Source: Octopus bimaculoides
Lineage: Eukaryota
Direction of reading: 5' to 3'
Length of the DNA: 64,000 bases
Assembly (NCBI RefSeq): GCF_001194135.2
Contig: NC_069008.1
Span: forward strand, 17,124,829 to 17,188,828
Shown: positions 49,891 through 63,001 of the stretch, piece by piece
Numbering within the stretch: the first letter of the stretch is position 1
How the letters are laid out: each line of letters begins with the position of its first letter
Notes under the pieces: model-generated
Seen by the model: the letters and a program-made list of their open reading frames with translations, nothing else
Databases searched by the model: none
Told to the model about the DNA's origin: nothing
Translations under genes and position numbers: made by a program

Positions 49891-50668
49891 TAGGTTTTTG
49901 CAGAATACTGGAAATGGACAACACTGCTTATATAACAGTGACACTCATTTACAATGATAACACAATGTCAAGACAAAGATACATACATACAGACAGACAC
50001 ACATACACATAAAGTGGGCTTCTTTCAGTTTCTGCCTACCAAATTAACTCACAAGGGCTTTGATCAGCTTAGGCTGCATTGGAAAACACAGGCCCAGGAT
50101 AAAATACAGAGGGATTGGCCCTAAAAACAGTAAGGTTAGGAAGCAATATACATATATTGTAAAAACAAAAAAACCCTTTTTTGTGTTAACAAAGTGAAAC
50201 TTTCAGTTCTATAACAAAAAATACCTAAATACATATTATATATACCATCATTATTTTGTTTTTTGTGCTGAGCATTTTACACAAATGAATACTCATATCT
50301 GATGATGACATATATATATTTATGCCGAGTTATGTATAAAACCAAGTTAACGTCAACACTTTAGTACTTAAATAGGCCATATCTGACCCAGATATATATT
50401 TAGATAAAGATAGTCATGGCCAGTTCATAGGATCGATCACCCAGGGCTTCGTGTCTATAAAGCCCTTGGTCTGAACTTCATTGTCATTGCTCCGATTTGG
50501 TCACCAATGTTATGTATTTAGTTTAAAATGCACCCTTTAATATAATTATATATATACAATTATAAATTTGTGTGTGTGTGTGTACATATGTAAGCATGTG
50601 TGTGCATGTGTGTATGTATGAAATACAAAAAGAAGAAGAAGAAGAAGAAAAAAGTCAGAGAACTCACT

Positions 50669-50771
50669 CCACTGTCCAAATGGTAAAAGACACTCTCTCT
50701 GCCAGGAAGTGAATCCCTACCAAACTACTGTTGACACAAGTCTTAGTGTCACACAACAACAGTGACCTGAT
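50669..50771 (-). other. Putative non-coding 5'UTR exon
   Basis: ctctgtctctgctattccag| acceptor and GA|gtgagt donor around 103 nt of unique sequence. No ATG. Contains an in-frame TAG upstream of ATG 40983 if spliced directly to 40986. Confidence 0.6.
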
Positions 50772-52574
50772 CTGGAATAGCAGAGACAGAGAGGGGGGGG
50801 GGGGAAGTGGGGAGGTCATAATTAAGGATTTATTACATAGAAACACAAATATTGATATAAACATGTAGGCATACCAACAAGGAAGACAGGCATTAATTGC
50901 ATTACACTTACACGCATACAAATGCAGGGTAATTCAAAAGTAATGGTACAAGAAATAAGATTTTGTCTATTCAAGCACTCAATACTCTTCCTCTCAAATA
51001 GCAGCACCTCTTTTCAGCAATTTGGAAAAGGCGAGGCCATCAGCGTTGCCAAACAGAACTTGCAGAGGCAACCTTTCTTGTTACATCTAGATTTTTGCAA
51101 TATATTCATTACAATAGTCACATGTAGGTTTTCTTTTTGTCTATATGCATTTTCTTTCTTTATTTCTTTCTTTTTTATTTAAGTGCTTCAGTTATTAGAC
51201 TGCGGTCATGCTGGGGCACTACCTTAAAGGATCTTTAGTTAAATAAATCAATCCCAGTACTTATTTTCATTTTTATACTTTGGTTAAGCCTGGTGCTTAT
51301 TTTATCGAACTCTTTTGGCAAACCGCTAAGTTATAGGGACAAAAACACACCAACACCAGTTGTCAAGCAGTAGTGGGGGACAAAGACCTGATCTCTCTCT
51401 CTCTCACACGCATTTATATATGACAGGCTTCTTTCAGTTTCCGTCTACCAAATTCACTCATAAGGCTTATCCATTCACATTGTTTTCAATTACTCACAAT
51501 TTTATATCATAGCTTTGAGATTTTGATGACGTAATTGTTTATTTTTTGGAATGACATTGTAGGGTAGGTGTGAGAGGCTGGATCTGACCAGTTTAAACGT
51601 AAAACAAGCAGAATATTTGGAACCTGGATATGGCTAGTTTAAATGCCAAAGGGTTAAAGAGAGTAGGGAGTTTGTTGAGGGAAGATTTGGCTGTTACATT
51701 GTGTAAGGTCAAGTGACTACATTTAGTCGAACAAATTGACCCCAGGACTTATTCTTTGTAAGCCTAGTACTTATTCTATCAGTCTCTTTTGCTGAGCCGC
51801 TAAGTTACGGGGACATAAACACACCAAACATTGGTCACCAAGCGATGGTGGGTAGACAAACACAGACACCCAGAACCTTGTAGTTGGGAAACAAGCTTCA
51901 TTCAGTTTCCGTCAACCAACTCCACTTGCCCAAGGTGTCACACAGTGAGACTAAACTCAGAAGTGGTTGGGAAGCAAGCTTCTTACCACACGGCCATGCT
52001 TATCGCCTTGAGCAAGTGTCTTTTACGATAGCCTCAAACTAAAAGCCATACATTCTTTTGAAAACAACCGAAGTGGAACGAGGGACGAAAACAAACAAAA
52101 CAAAAGACGACTGAGAAACACCTGTGTAGGAAGACTTCAAAGATATTGGGGTACAATGGGGGAGCGAAGTTTGGGAGATGATTGGGAGATAAAGGGGGTT
52201 GGGAGAGAGAGAGGGATGGAGCGAAAGTGAGAGTAAGAACGGGGGGGTGGAGACAAAGAAGGAGATGTGTTGAATCAAGACAGAAAGAAGTCACGGAGAG
52301 GGAAGGCCGTGTGAGTGCGAGTGAAGGTGTAGGTGTATTAAGGTGAGTGAGAGTGTGAGAATGTGTGTGTGTGTGTGTGTGTGTGTACGTAAGCGTGTGC
52401 GAGTGTATGTAGGTGTATGAGCGACAATGTGTGTCAAGAGAATGTATTTATGAGTGTGTGTGTGTGTGTGCATGTCCGTGTACGTATAGGATCGTTCTTG
52501 TGTGCATGTGTGTGTGAAAGGTGTATATGTAAAATTCCACGAGTGTGTGTGTGTATTTTGTTTAATAGTCGTAC

Positions 52575-52750
52575 CTGAAAGACCGTTGTTGAGTGCTAGC
52601 GAAAGAACTACGCACGAAGGGGAGGGTGTGTGTGTGTGTGAAATCTGAAGTTTCGTGAGTCACCACATACAGAGGGTTAACTGTCTTGAGAGGGAGTGCG
52701 AGCGAGCGCGTGCCTGTGCGTGTGTTTGAAGGGGAGGGGGTTGGAGCCGT
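52575..52750 (-). other. Putative first (non-coding) exon; 5' boundary approximate
   Basis: CAG|gtacga donor at 52575/52574, located in CpG-rich unique sequence. Confidence 0.45.
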
Positions 52751-53600
52751 GTTGTAGTCATTGGAGACAAACCACCTCACCAAAATCTCTTCTTATAACT
52801 CGACCCCCCCGCCCAACAGCACAACGACGCCCTCGTTTCTCTCCCATTTGCAAAAAGCCAAATAGAAATCACACACCAAGTCTTGGATTAAAAAGAAAGA
52901 CGAAACAAAAAACGAAGGCACATTAAATTAATGTAGTCCTAGATACACCTAAAACACACACGCAAGCGCACGCGCAGGCAGGATGGTCACGGCGAGAACG
53001 TGCCTAAAAAAATACGACTTGTCTCCACCATCATCGCCTCCACCACCGCCGTCACTACAGCAACGAAGCCGACCTCATCACAATAACACTACGCCTCCTC
53101 TTCCTTCTACCACCACTGCCTCTTACCTCCTCCCACTACCATCAGCTGCAGCTCATCTTTCAACCACTGCTGCCTGCCTCTTCCTACCACCACCACTACC
53201 ACCACAGTATCACAACATAGTTCCCAAACACCACCACCACCACCACCACACTAATCCCCTCCTCCTCTCACGTTCACTGTTATTCCTCTTCCTTCAGTCA
53301 TCAACAATGCCTGCCTCTCACTCATCCCCCTCTAGTAGGCCAAAATAAGAGAGAGATGGAGAAGAGAGAGAGAGAGAGAAAGTAATATAGCAGCAGCAGC
53401 AGTGAAGGTTGGCAGAGGCAGAGGTGAGGTTCATTGGAGGAGGAGGAGGAGAAGAAGCGACAGAGGGGGGTAAAAGTCATGCAGGCAGGCAGACATAGAG
53501 ATTGATGGGAGACGCACAACAGGGAACCAATCAGAGAGCGGCGAAAGAGGATCATAAACCAGACCTGCTAGAAATAGCAGCCGGGTCATAGCACAAGAAA
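52690..53600. promoter_or_regulatory. CpG-rich promoter-like region upstream of the gene
   Basis: Raised CpG density (gcgagcgagcgcgtg, gcgcacgcgc), G-rich box ggggagggggg ~52731, CCAAT at ~53527 and on the opposite strand ~53433. Position fits the gene 5' end; no TSS data. Confidence 0.4.
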
Positions 53601-56600
53601 TACATTTGAGAATATCTGGGTCAGCGAGTGTGAGGGGTGGGGCAGCGGAGTAACATGAGGTGCCGACATAATGGAAGATACAAGACTGTAGTGGGCTGGA
53701 NNNNNNNNNNNNNNNNNNNNNNNNNNNNNGGGGGGGGGGGAGGAGAACGGTTTCTCAGCCGTTCAAGCCTTTATCGTACAACCAGCCTATTCTCCTGCAG
53801 GGACTAGACAACCAAGAGGCACCACCCTTCACAAATACTTAACCACCTCCAGCAAGGAAGGACACATTAGATGATGTAGTCCTAGATACACTGCGTCGAA
53901 TTAAAAGATGGGATGGGATGATCAAGGCTGGAAGACCTTTCGTTATAGGCTTGCTGGATCAACACCAACCGAGGGTTAAACACAGACAAGGAAGGACACA
54001 TATAACGAAGTCCGGCGTGGTAAGAAGCTTGCTTCTCGACCGCACGGTTCCGGGTTGATATAACCAGCCACACATCTCACCAACACGAAAAATGTGTCAC
54101 CTTATGGCACTTGTCTTAGAATAAGGCCATTGTTTAGAGCTGAGGCTTTCGGACTGTGTTCCTCTCTGATAATCTTTAAGTGCATCAGAAAATCAATTTG
54201 AATGTGATTGATTTAACCTGCCCTCTTTCTCTCCCCAGCTCTCTCTCTCTCTCTCTGGCTGGGTAACCATGTCTCTCCTCTACAGCAAAACACCTGTTTC
54301 TGTCTCAATCTCTCCTTGACACACCCTAACCTTTCAGCATCTGACACAAGATCCCCTCCTCCAATGTCCCCTTCCCCTTTCAAACATTTCTTGTCTTGCC
54401 AGTTACTTGGTGACCCTTCCAGTGCTGGTGCCACATAAGAAGCATCCGGTCCACACTGTGAAGTGGTTGGCATATGAAAAGGCATCCAGCTGTAAAAACC
54501 ATGCTGAAACTGACCTCGCCTGTGCTGGTGCCACTTAAAAAACACTCAGCCCACTCTATGACGAACACACACACGGACACATACACACACACACACACAC
54601 ATACATACACAATGGACTTCTTTCAGTTTCCGTCTACCAAATCCACTCAAAAGGCCTTGGTCGGCCTGAGGCTATAGTAGAAGACACTTGCTCAAGGTGC
54701 CACGCAGTGAGACTGAACCCAGAACCATGTGCTTGGGAAGCAAGCTTCTTATTTCTTTACTGCCCACAAGGGGCTACACACAGAGGGGACAAATAAGGAC
54801 AGACAAACGGATTAAGTCGATTACATCGATCCCAGTGCGTAATTGGTATTTATTTAATCGACCCCCGAAAGGATGGAAGGCAAAGTCAACCTCGGCAGAA
54901 TTTGAACTCAGAACGTAGTAGCGGCAGACGAAATACCGCTAAGCATTTCGCCCGGCGTGATAACGATTCTAACAGCTCGCTTCTTACCACACAGCCACTC
55001 CTGCGCCTACCAGCTTGTGACCACCACCCCTAGTTCTGGAAAAGAAATTTCCTGTTTTAACATGATTGAAATTAAAACCTATCAAAATTCTGTTAATTTA
55101 TGTCCCAAACATCCCGTTTTACTAATTTCTTCATCATTTTCAAAATGAATTGAAACAAAGTCAAAGGATTTCAACAGAAATAGGGTAACAAAAGGGATTA
55201 AAGTGATCTAATTCAAAACCTTCCATTAAAATGTAAAATGTATGTTCCAAACACCAGATTAATAATTAACAAAGTTGTTTTACTAAACACTTCGTTATAC
55301 TCAAAATTAATTGAAACCAAAGGCAGAGTATTTTAACAGAAATATGGAAATGTAAGTGTTAATGACATCGAGGTAACTGGTCCCTAAAGGCCTGCAGAGA
55401 TCATAGTCATTGCCCTTTTTTTTTCCAGGCTCAACAACCAAAAATTATAAAAAGAAAAAGGATTAATCCATGTTAGAATCAGTAGAGAATTGGACAAAAT
55501 GATTTGCCAGCACCAGTATGGTTGATTGTTCTGAAGAAGTCAGCTGTACTAATACAGGGTCTCTGGTTCAATTCCACTGCATGAAACCTTGGAAGGAAAT
55601 AAATGCCATTTACCAGAACTTTGGAATGACAATATTGGCAGAGGTTACCATGGTCTTTTCTGTAGGTTTTTCTTTCCACTTTTTTACAAGAGAACATTAC
55701 TGTGATACACGATCGCTATTTTCTTTCCCCAACCCCGATCCCTTTTGATCGAACTCCCCCCTTTTTCTTTCCTACGATCCCTTTTGATAGACCCCACCCT
55801 TTTTTTTTCTCTCCTTCCCCCTCCCAAAAATTAAAGCTCTACATTGTATTTGTCCCCTCTGTGTAAAGCCCTGTGTGGCTAATAAAAGAAATGCATCTGT
55901 CCATCTATCCATCTATCTATCTATCTATCTATCTATGTCTGTCCATCTGTGTATCTATTTATAGATCTTTGTATCTATCTATCTATACATCTTTGTATCT
56001 CTCTCTCTCTCTCTCACTCACTACTCTCAAATTCACACAATGCATAATAGATCACTGTTGTCCCTCCTGGATGAAAGAGAGAGAGAGGTGGGAGGGTCTC
56101 TCCTGGGTCTATCTGTAAGTCACTAACAACTAGTTCCCAACACCACTACACACACACACACACAGCCAGCAACAAGAGATACAAATGAGAAAACTCCAGC
56201 CCCACCCCCCAGGCTCAAGCAGCTACAGAGAAACAGGGGGGACGGCTATCTCTTTATATCTAGCCATCTGTTGTTTAACAGGCTATTTATATCATTGTTT
56301 CTCAACCGGGGATGCTCCCAATATGGCCCTTGCAGGGAGCCAGATAACATTTTATCTGCAATAAATTGGTCACACTCTTACAATACACAAAATACCCCGA
56401 GTAATATTTACTTCGAAAAACAATGGGGTTTTTTAAACATCGAAAAAGAGGGGCCATAGACAAAAAAGAAAAAAGTCACAAAACACCGAAAAACATATCT
56501 ATCTATATATTTATATCTATCTATATGAATCTACCTATCTATCGATCTATCTAGCCATCCAAATGTTTATTCATCCATTCAGGTACCCATCTACTCGTTT

Positions 56601-56929
56601 ATCTGTTTACACATCTATCTATCCCATCCATATCTTATCTGTCGGTCTCTCTTACTAGTCCTCGAAAATTATACAAACTGTTCCCTTCTGCAATAAATTG
56701 GTCATACCTTACGATACACGATATATTGCTAATAATATTTAGTTCTAAAAATATAATGGGACTTTTAAAACATCGAATGGCTTGGCGGGTCCAGCAGCGA
56801 AAAATAGAAACCAAAAGAGGTCCGTAGGCAAAAAAATGATTGAGAAACACTGACATGCACCCATTTATTTATACCCACCTACCCACCTACCTACCTGTCT
56901 ATCTATCTCCATCGTTTCCAAGCTTTGCC

Positions 56930-57238
56930 TTACTGGCACTTGTGCCGGTGGCATGTGAACAAAACATTGAACTGACTCCTGTGCAGGTGGCACGTAAAAA
57001 AACAAAGCACCATTTGAGCGTGGTCGTTGCCAGTACCGCCGGACTGGTCCTCGTGCCGGTGGCACGTACAAAGCACCCACTACAGTCTCGGAGTGGTTGG
57101 CGTTAGGAATGGCATCCAGCTGTAGAAACTCTGCCAAATCAGATTGGAACCTGGTGTAGCCATCTGGTTCACCAGTCCCCAGTCAAATCGTCCAACCCAT
57201 GCTAGCATGAAAAGCAGACGTTAAATGATGATGATGAT
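56930..57238 (+). mobile_element. Retroposon family B (LINE 3' UTR or SINE) with terminal stem ccatgctagcatg and (GAT)n tail
   Basis: Core tggttggcgttaggaagggcatccagctgtagaaac..aacccatgc.agcatgg..ggacgttaaatgatgatg. Many copies, e.g. 10620-10870, 11270-11780, 12490-12645, 14240-14375, 18520-18680, 31810-32200, 39845-40000, 41350-41510, 59335-59600, 63800-63940. Confidence 0.8.
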
Positions 57239-57842
57239 CTATCTCACTAGCTAGCTATCCATCTACCCGTCTGTCTATCTATCTTTATTTATCTATCTAT
57301 CTTTATTTATCTATCTATCAATCAATCAATCAATTCCAGCCAGCTATTTATTCATTCATTCGAGTATATTTTTCCCTCCAGCCCCCTATTTATACATTCA
57401 TTTATCCATCCATCTCTACCTTTCTGTCTCTCTTACTACTAGTCCCTAAAAAATATACAACTGTCCCTTCTATTCTAACCCTCGAAAAACCAAAGCAAAC
57501 CACTATACTGAGAGTGAAAGAGAGAGAAATTAACAAACAGACAAAGAGGGGTTTTTTTATCCTCCCTTAGATATCTGTCTGTGTGTCACACAAACAAACA
57601 GGCTTCCCTCTGCCCCAGTCCCTCAGAGCTAGCAACAAGAGATACAAGGGCAAACTAATGAATGAATCAATCAATGGAGGCAGCGGCGGTGGTGGCGGTG
57701 GGGCTTGAGCGAGTGAGTCATTTTTTTTTCTTTTTGTTTTTCGATGCATTACACAAGCTTGAGTGAAAGCTGAGTGGAGTGGAATTATTCTTTTAATTGT
57801 TTTAGTCGTTTGACTGCAGCCATGCTGGAGCACTGCCTTTAG

Positions 57843-58180
57843 GTCTCCCTCATTGACTCATACATACATATGTCCATAGATAAGAGAGTAGGGTGTGATT
57901 TGAGGGAGAGTTGGGTGTTATTTCTAGCAGGTCCAGCTACCATGCAGAGGCCTCCCTCATTGGCTCATACATACATCAATACATAGATAAGAGAGTAGGG
58001 TGTGATTTGAGGGAGAGTTGGCTACTATTTCTAGCAGGTCTAGCTACCATGCAGAAGCCTCCCTCATTGGCTCATACATACATAAATACATAGATAAGAG
58101 AGTAGGGTATGATTTGAGGGAGAGTTGGGTGTTATTTCTAACATGTCTAGCTACCATGTAGAGGTCTCCCTCATTGGCTC
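57843..58180. repeat. Tandem repeat, 107-bp unit, about 3.2 copies
   Basis: Units start at 57843, 57950, 58057 and 58164 (g[tc]ctccctcattg[ag]ctc..). Confidence 0.95.
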
Positions 58181-59931
58181 CTGTTGGTGGTGGTGGTATC
58201 AGATGAAATGCAGTGATATCAAATTGTTCTGGTGACACACAGACAGAAGGGGGGGGCGGAGGTTCCTTTTCCCTCCTCACTGCTTGACTGACATTCATAT
58301 TACATTACAGACTCCCTTAGAAAACAATAGCAGTGGTGGTGGTGGTAGCAGTAGCAGTCTTAGTAGCAGTAGTAATTGCAGTTTTAGTAGTAGTATCAGC
58401 AGCAGTAGTAATAGTAGTAAACATTGTATTCGTGGTGGTGGTGGTGGTGGCGGCGATAGTGGTGGTGGTAGTAGTGGTGGCGGCAGCGACGGTGGTGGTG
58501 GTGGTGGTAGTAGTAGTAGTAGTGGCAGCGCTAGTAGAAGTGGTAGTAGTAGTAGTAGCAGCAGTGGTGGTAGTAGTAGTGGTGTAAAAGAAACTTGCCC
58601 AAGGTGCCACACAGAGGGACTGAACCTGCAACCATGTAGTTGGGAAGCAAACTTCTCAACTACACAGACACAAAGACACACACACATACACATATATATG
58701 ACAGGCTTCCACACAGTTTCCATCTACCAAATCCACTCACAAGCCTTTGGTCAGCCCATGGCTATAGTAGAAGACACTTGCACAAAGTGCCATGCAGTGG
58801 GACTGAACCCAGAACCATGTGGTTGGGAAGCAAGCTTCTTACCACACAGCCAAACAGGAATATGGAAATTTTTTTAGTATTATTCATTCACCATTACACA
58901 TGTTTCATTTGCTAATAGGAACTACAAAATTGTACACGGCTTGCATACATACATGTATATATGTATAAATCTTATGTTATTAGATTGTGGCCATGCTGGG
59001 GCTACCTTGAAAAATTCTAATCAAACAAATCAACCCCAGTACTTTTTTTTTTAAAGCTTGTTACTTATTCTCAGTCTCTTTTGCTAAACTGCTAAGTCAC
59101 ACCAACGCAGGGTGTCAAGGAGTGATGGGGGAGAAACACACACACACATATATGTATATATGACAGGCTCCTTTCGGTTTCCATCTACCAAACCCACTCA
59201 CATAGCCTTGGTCAGCGTAAGGCTATAGCAAGTGCCATAGCGTAGAACTGAACCCAGAACCATGTGGTTAGGAAGCAAAATTTTCACCACACCAAACCTG
59301 CCCTATGTAGGAGTGTATGTAATTATATATATCATCATCGTTTAACGTCCGCTTTCCATGCTAGCATGGGTTGGACGATTTGACTGAGGACTGGTGAAAC
59401 CGGATGGCAACACCAGGCTCCAGTCTGATTTGGCAGAGTTTCTACAGCTGGATGCCCTTCCTAACGCCAACCACTCCGAGAGTGTAGTGGGTGCTTTTAC
59501 GTGTCACCCGCACGAAAACGGCCACGCTCAAAATGGTGTCTTTTATGTGCCACCCGCACAAGCCAGTCCAGGGGCACTGGCAACGATCTTACTTGGCTTG
59601 CCGGGTCTTTTCATGCACAGCACATTTGCCGGGTCTTCTCACGCACAGCACATTTATNNNNNNNNNNNNNNNNNNNNNNNNNNNNNNNNNNNNNNNNNNN
59701 NTATATATATATATATATATATTCTTTTACTTGTTTCAGTCGTTTCGCCATGCTGGAGCACTGCCTTTGGTTGAGCAAATCGACCCCAGGACTTATTCTT
59801 TGTAAACATAGTACTTATTCTATCAGTCTCTTCTTGCCGAACTGCATGGTTATGGGGACATAAATGCACCAGCATCAATTGTCAAGCGATGTTAGGAGGG
59901 GGGGACATACACATACACACACACACACACA

Positions 59932-59965
59932 GAGGGGTTGGACAAAATAATGGAAACACCTAGCA
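59932..59965 (+). mobile_element. Isolated Tc1-like terminal inverted repeat fragment
   Basis: gaggggttggacaaaataatggaaacacct resembles Tc1 TIR consensus (recall); no partner end found. Confidence 0.4.
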
Positions 59966-60464
59966 TCATAGCATCATAATACCACATTGTCACATGGGAA
60001 AGGGAGCACCATTTTCACTTCAACACACACACACACACACACACATCATTTATATGACACTACAGTTGTTGGCTTTGTAGATTTCTCTAGTCATGTTTTA
60101 CATGATAGAGAAAGCAGAAATACTGTAAGATATACGAGTGCACATACTAAGCTTGGTGGCAGGCAATGAGTAAAAGGAAGCTACAAACATGGACAAAGAC
60201 AGAGAATGAACCACAGGGACGAGAGGAGGAGGGAAAAGAAAACAACGGTTATAGAAATGAAAGTGTCTGTGTATGTCATTGAGCAGGGATGGTTGATAAG
60301 GAGAGGTGCTACTTAGTATTGTTGTTGTTCTTGTAGTATTAGAGCCATGGTTGTAGGTGGAGGAGTGGTTGAGGGAGGGAGTTACATAGAAGTGCTGGGG
60401 AGGAGGGGGGACAGCGAACAGCAGCAGAATGTAAAATGTGAAGCCATCTGTATAGGAAGTAGCA

Positions 60465-60622
60465 TGGGAGATAGTTGCTGTGTATTATGTGTGTTTGAGA
60501 GATAGTTGCTGTGTGTGTGTGTGTGTGTGAGAGAGATAGTTGGTGTGTGTGTGTGTGNNNNNNNNNNTGTGTGTGAGAGAGAGAGATAGTTGCTGTGTGT
60601 GTATGTGTGTGTGAGATGGTTG

Positions 60623-60666
<44 letters not shown>

Positions 60667-60700
60667 GCTGCTGTGTGAGAGATAGTTGTTGTGTGCGTAG
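60465..60700. repeat. Minisatellite gagatagttgct(gt)n
   Basis: About seven units separated by variable GT runs. Confidence 0.8.
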
Positions 60701-61214
60701 TAGTAGTAGTAGTAACAGTAGTAGTAATTCTGAGTGTGCATGTATAGTAATTGTGTCGTGTGTGTGTGTGTGTGCATGAGGCAGCTGTTTTGTGCATGCA
60801 TGCACTTGTGTGTGCAATAGTAGGATTACTCCACCACTAAAGTTGTGTATATGCAGTCATTAATAACCACACATGTACGTAGCAGCACCTGTCTTTCAGT
60901 GTAGTAGCAGTAGCAGCAGACCTATATGGTCTATATGGAAATAGCATTTACAGCACACACAGAAAGAGGAGGAATAATAAAAGAGGTGGGGGAGGGGGGT
61001 AGTAGTAGTAGTAGCAGCTATAGCAGGGGCCTGATTAAGACCAATAGAGACCCTAAGCAGTGAAAAGATTTTGGTGTCCCCTAGATATATGTAATTCAAA
61101 AAATATAAACAATAATAAACCATAAAATAATTTTTTTTTATTTTCCATAATGAAACAAAACTGATTTTAAGATGGAAAATAATGTTTATTTTTGTAAATT
61201 TCCATTTTATTTAG

Positions 61215-61240
61215 ACGGAAACTGAAAGAAGCCTGTCGTA

Positions 61241-61296
<56 letters not shown>

Positions 61297-61510
61297 TGTG
61301 TGTGTATGTGTGTTTGTCCCCTCCCCACCAACATCGCTTGACAACCGATGCTGGTGTGTTTACGTCCCCCGTAACTTAGCGGTTCGGCAAAAAGAGGCCG
61401 ATAGAATAAGTACTAGGCTTACAAAGAATAAGTCCTGGGGTCGATTTGCTCGACTAAAGGCAGTGCTCCAGGATGGCCGCAGTCAAATGACTGAAACGAG
61501 TAAAAAGAGT
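61215..61510 (+). mobile_element. Family A SINE, 3' two-thirds, with long internal (TA)n
   Basis: High identity to the reverse complement of 3140-3512 (gacggaaactgaaagaagc..(ta)n..gcttgacaaccgatgctgg..ggccgcagtcaaatgactgaaac). Confidence 0.85.
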
Positions 61511-61969
61511 AAAGAGTAATTGAAACAAAACTGACATTAGGATGGGAAATACTGTTTAGTTTTGTCTACTTCCGGTTTCTTTAGATCGAAGAAGTTTTCT
61601 CCTGTTTTTTTTCTTAATTTCAAAGTCTTTGATCAGATCCTCGCCATGACACCAGGAACACCATCAAATTCTCTGTCTGATCGCATAAAACCACTCTGAA
61701 TATCATTTTAGTGAATTCAACCCCTTAGCGTTTAAACCAGCCCATGTCCGGCACAAGTACTCTACTTGTTTCACATTCAAACCAGCCAGATCGGTCCTCT
61801 CACACCTAGCCTACAATGCCATTCTAAGCTATGAGATAATCCAGGATTAACAGAAAACAATGTGAAGAAAGAAGCATTACGTTTGACAAAATAATCTGAA
61901 TGCTTAAAGGGTCTGTGGTATGCCCCGCCCTAAGCACCTGCATATTTTGCTTAATGGTTGAGCACTGGT

Positions 61970-61992
61970 TAGTAGTAGTAGTAGTAGTAGAG

Positions 61993-62027
<35 letters not shown>

Positions 62028-62040
62028 GGTAGTGGTGGTG

Positions 62041-62104
<64 letters not shown>

Positions 62105-62118
62105 AGGTAGTAGTAGTA

Positions 62119-62150
<32 letters not shown>

Positions 62151-62310
62151 TGTGGTGTAGTAGTAGTAGAGGTGGTGGTGGTAGTAGTAGTAGAGGTAGT
62201 AGTAGTAGTGGTAGTAGTAGTAGTAGTGGTAGTAGTAGTAGTGGTAGTAGTAGTAGTAGTGGTGGTGGTGGTAGTAGTAGTAGTGGTGGTGGTGGTAGTA
62301 GTAGTAGATG
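61970..62310. repeat. (AGT/GGT)n compound microsatellite
   Basis: Direct inspection. Similar tracts at 58330-58585 (AGT/GGT), 35150-35430 (GAT/AAC), 9540-10150 (AAC/AGC), 47570-47830 (TA/CA) and 30325-30600. Confidence 0.95.
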
Positions 62311-62968
62311 CATTATTGTTGCTGTTCGTGTTTAGCCAAGTCCTGAAGCAATAGGACCTTATACTATGATCAAAGCTATTTCCCCACCATGACAACCCCA
62401 TGCTGGAGCACTGCCTTGAAGAATTTTTGACCCCAGGACTTAACTTTTTAAGTCTGGTACTTATTCTATCACTCTCTTTTGCCAAGCCGCTAAGTTACAG
62501 GGTGGTGGTGGTGGTAGCTGAAGCAGTCAGGGACAATGGTGATAGTAAGCGATGTGAAAGACAGTGCTGATGGTGGTGGAGGGGAAGGCAGTGAAGTCAA
62601 AGGTATTGATGGTGGTGGTGTCAGAAGTCTGAATGGTGTGTGTATGGCAGTTGTGGTGGCGATGGTGGGGTACTGGTGATGGTTCAAAACAAGAGAGAGA
62701 AAGAAAGAGGTTAGACAGAAAAACAATTGTAATGACCTGACCCCTGAATGGGAAAACAAAAAATGTTGTTTATCACAAAGCTTTTCAATAAGTTCCAAGT
62801 CCACAAATTATATCATTGTTTGGATGAAAATTGTTCATTGCTTGAAAAATATTGGTCAAGTTTAATAGAATTAATACTCAATGCATGAAGTGCCATTGTT
62901 GGGCCCAAGGCCTAATGAAGAGCCCTCCACATACATAAATATACACACACACATACATACACATTCAC

Positions 62969-63001
<33 letters not shown>

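Noticed and set aside
52931-53891. Exact 18-mer atgtagtcctagatacac at 52931 and 53874 (ACTACA-like on the reverse strand)
   Set aside because: The second copy lies in what looks like a dispersed-repeat fragment, so shared repeat origin is more likely than a paired regulatory site. Unresolved without a genome-wide count.
57843-58180. CRISPR-like appearance of the 107-bp and 24-bp repeats
   Set aside because: Contiguous tandem units with no unique spacers, eukaryotic context, no cas genes.
9272-62485. Poly-V, poly-I, HTHT, IYIY and CVCV ORFs
   Set aside because: Translations of microsatellites.
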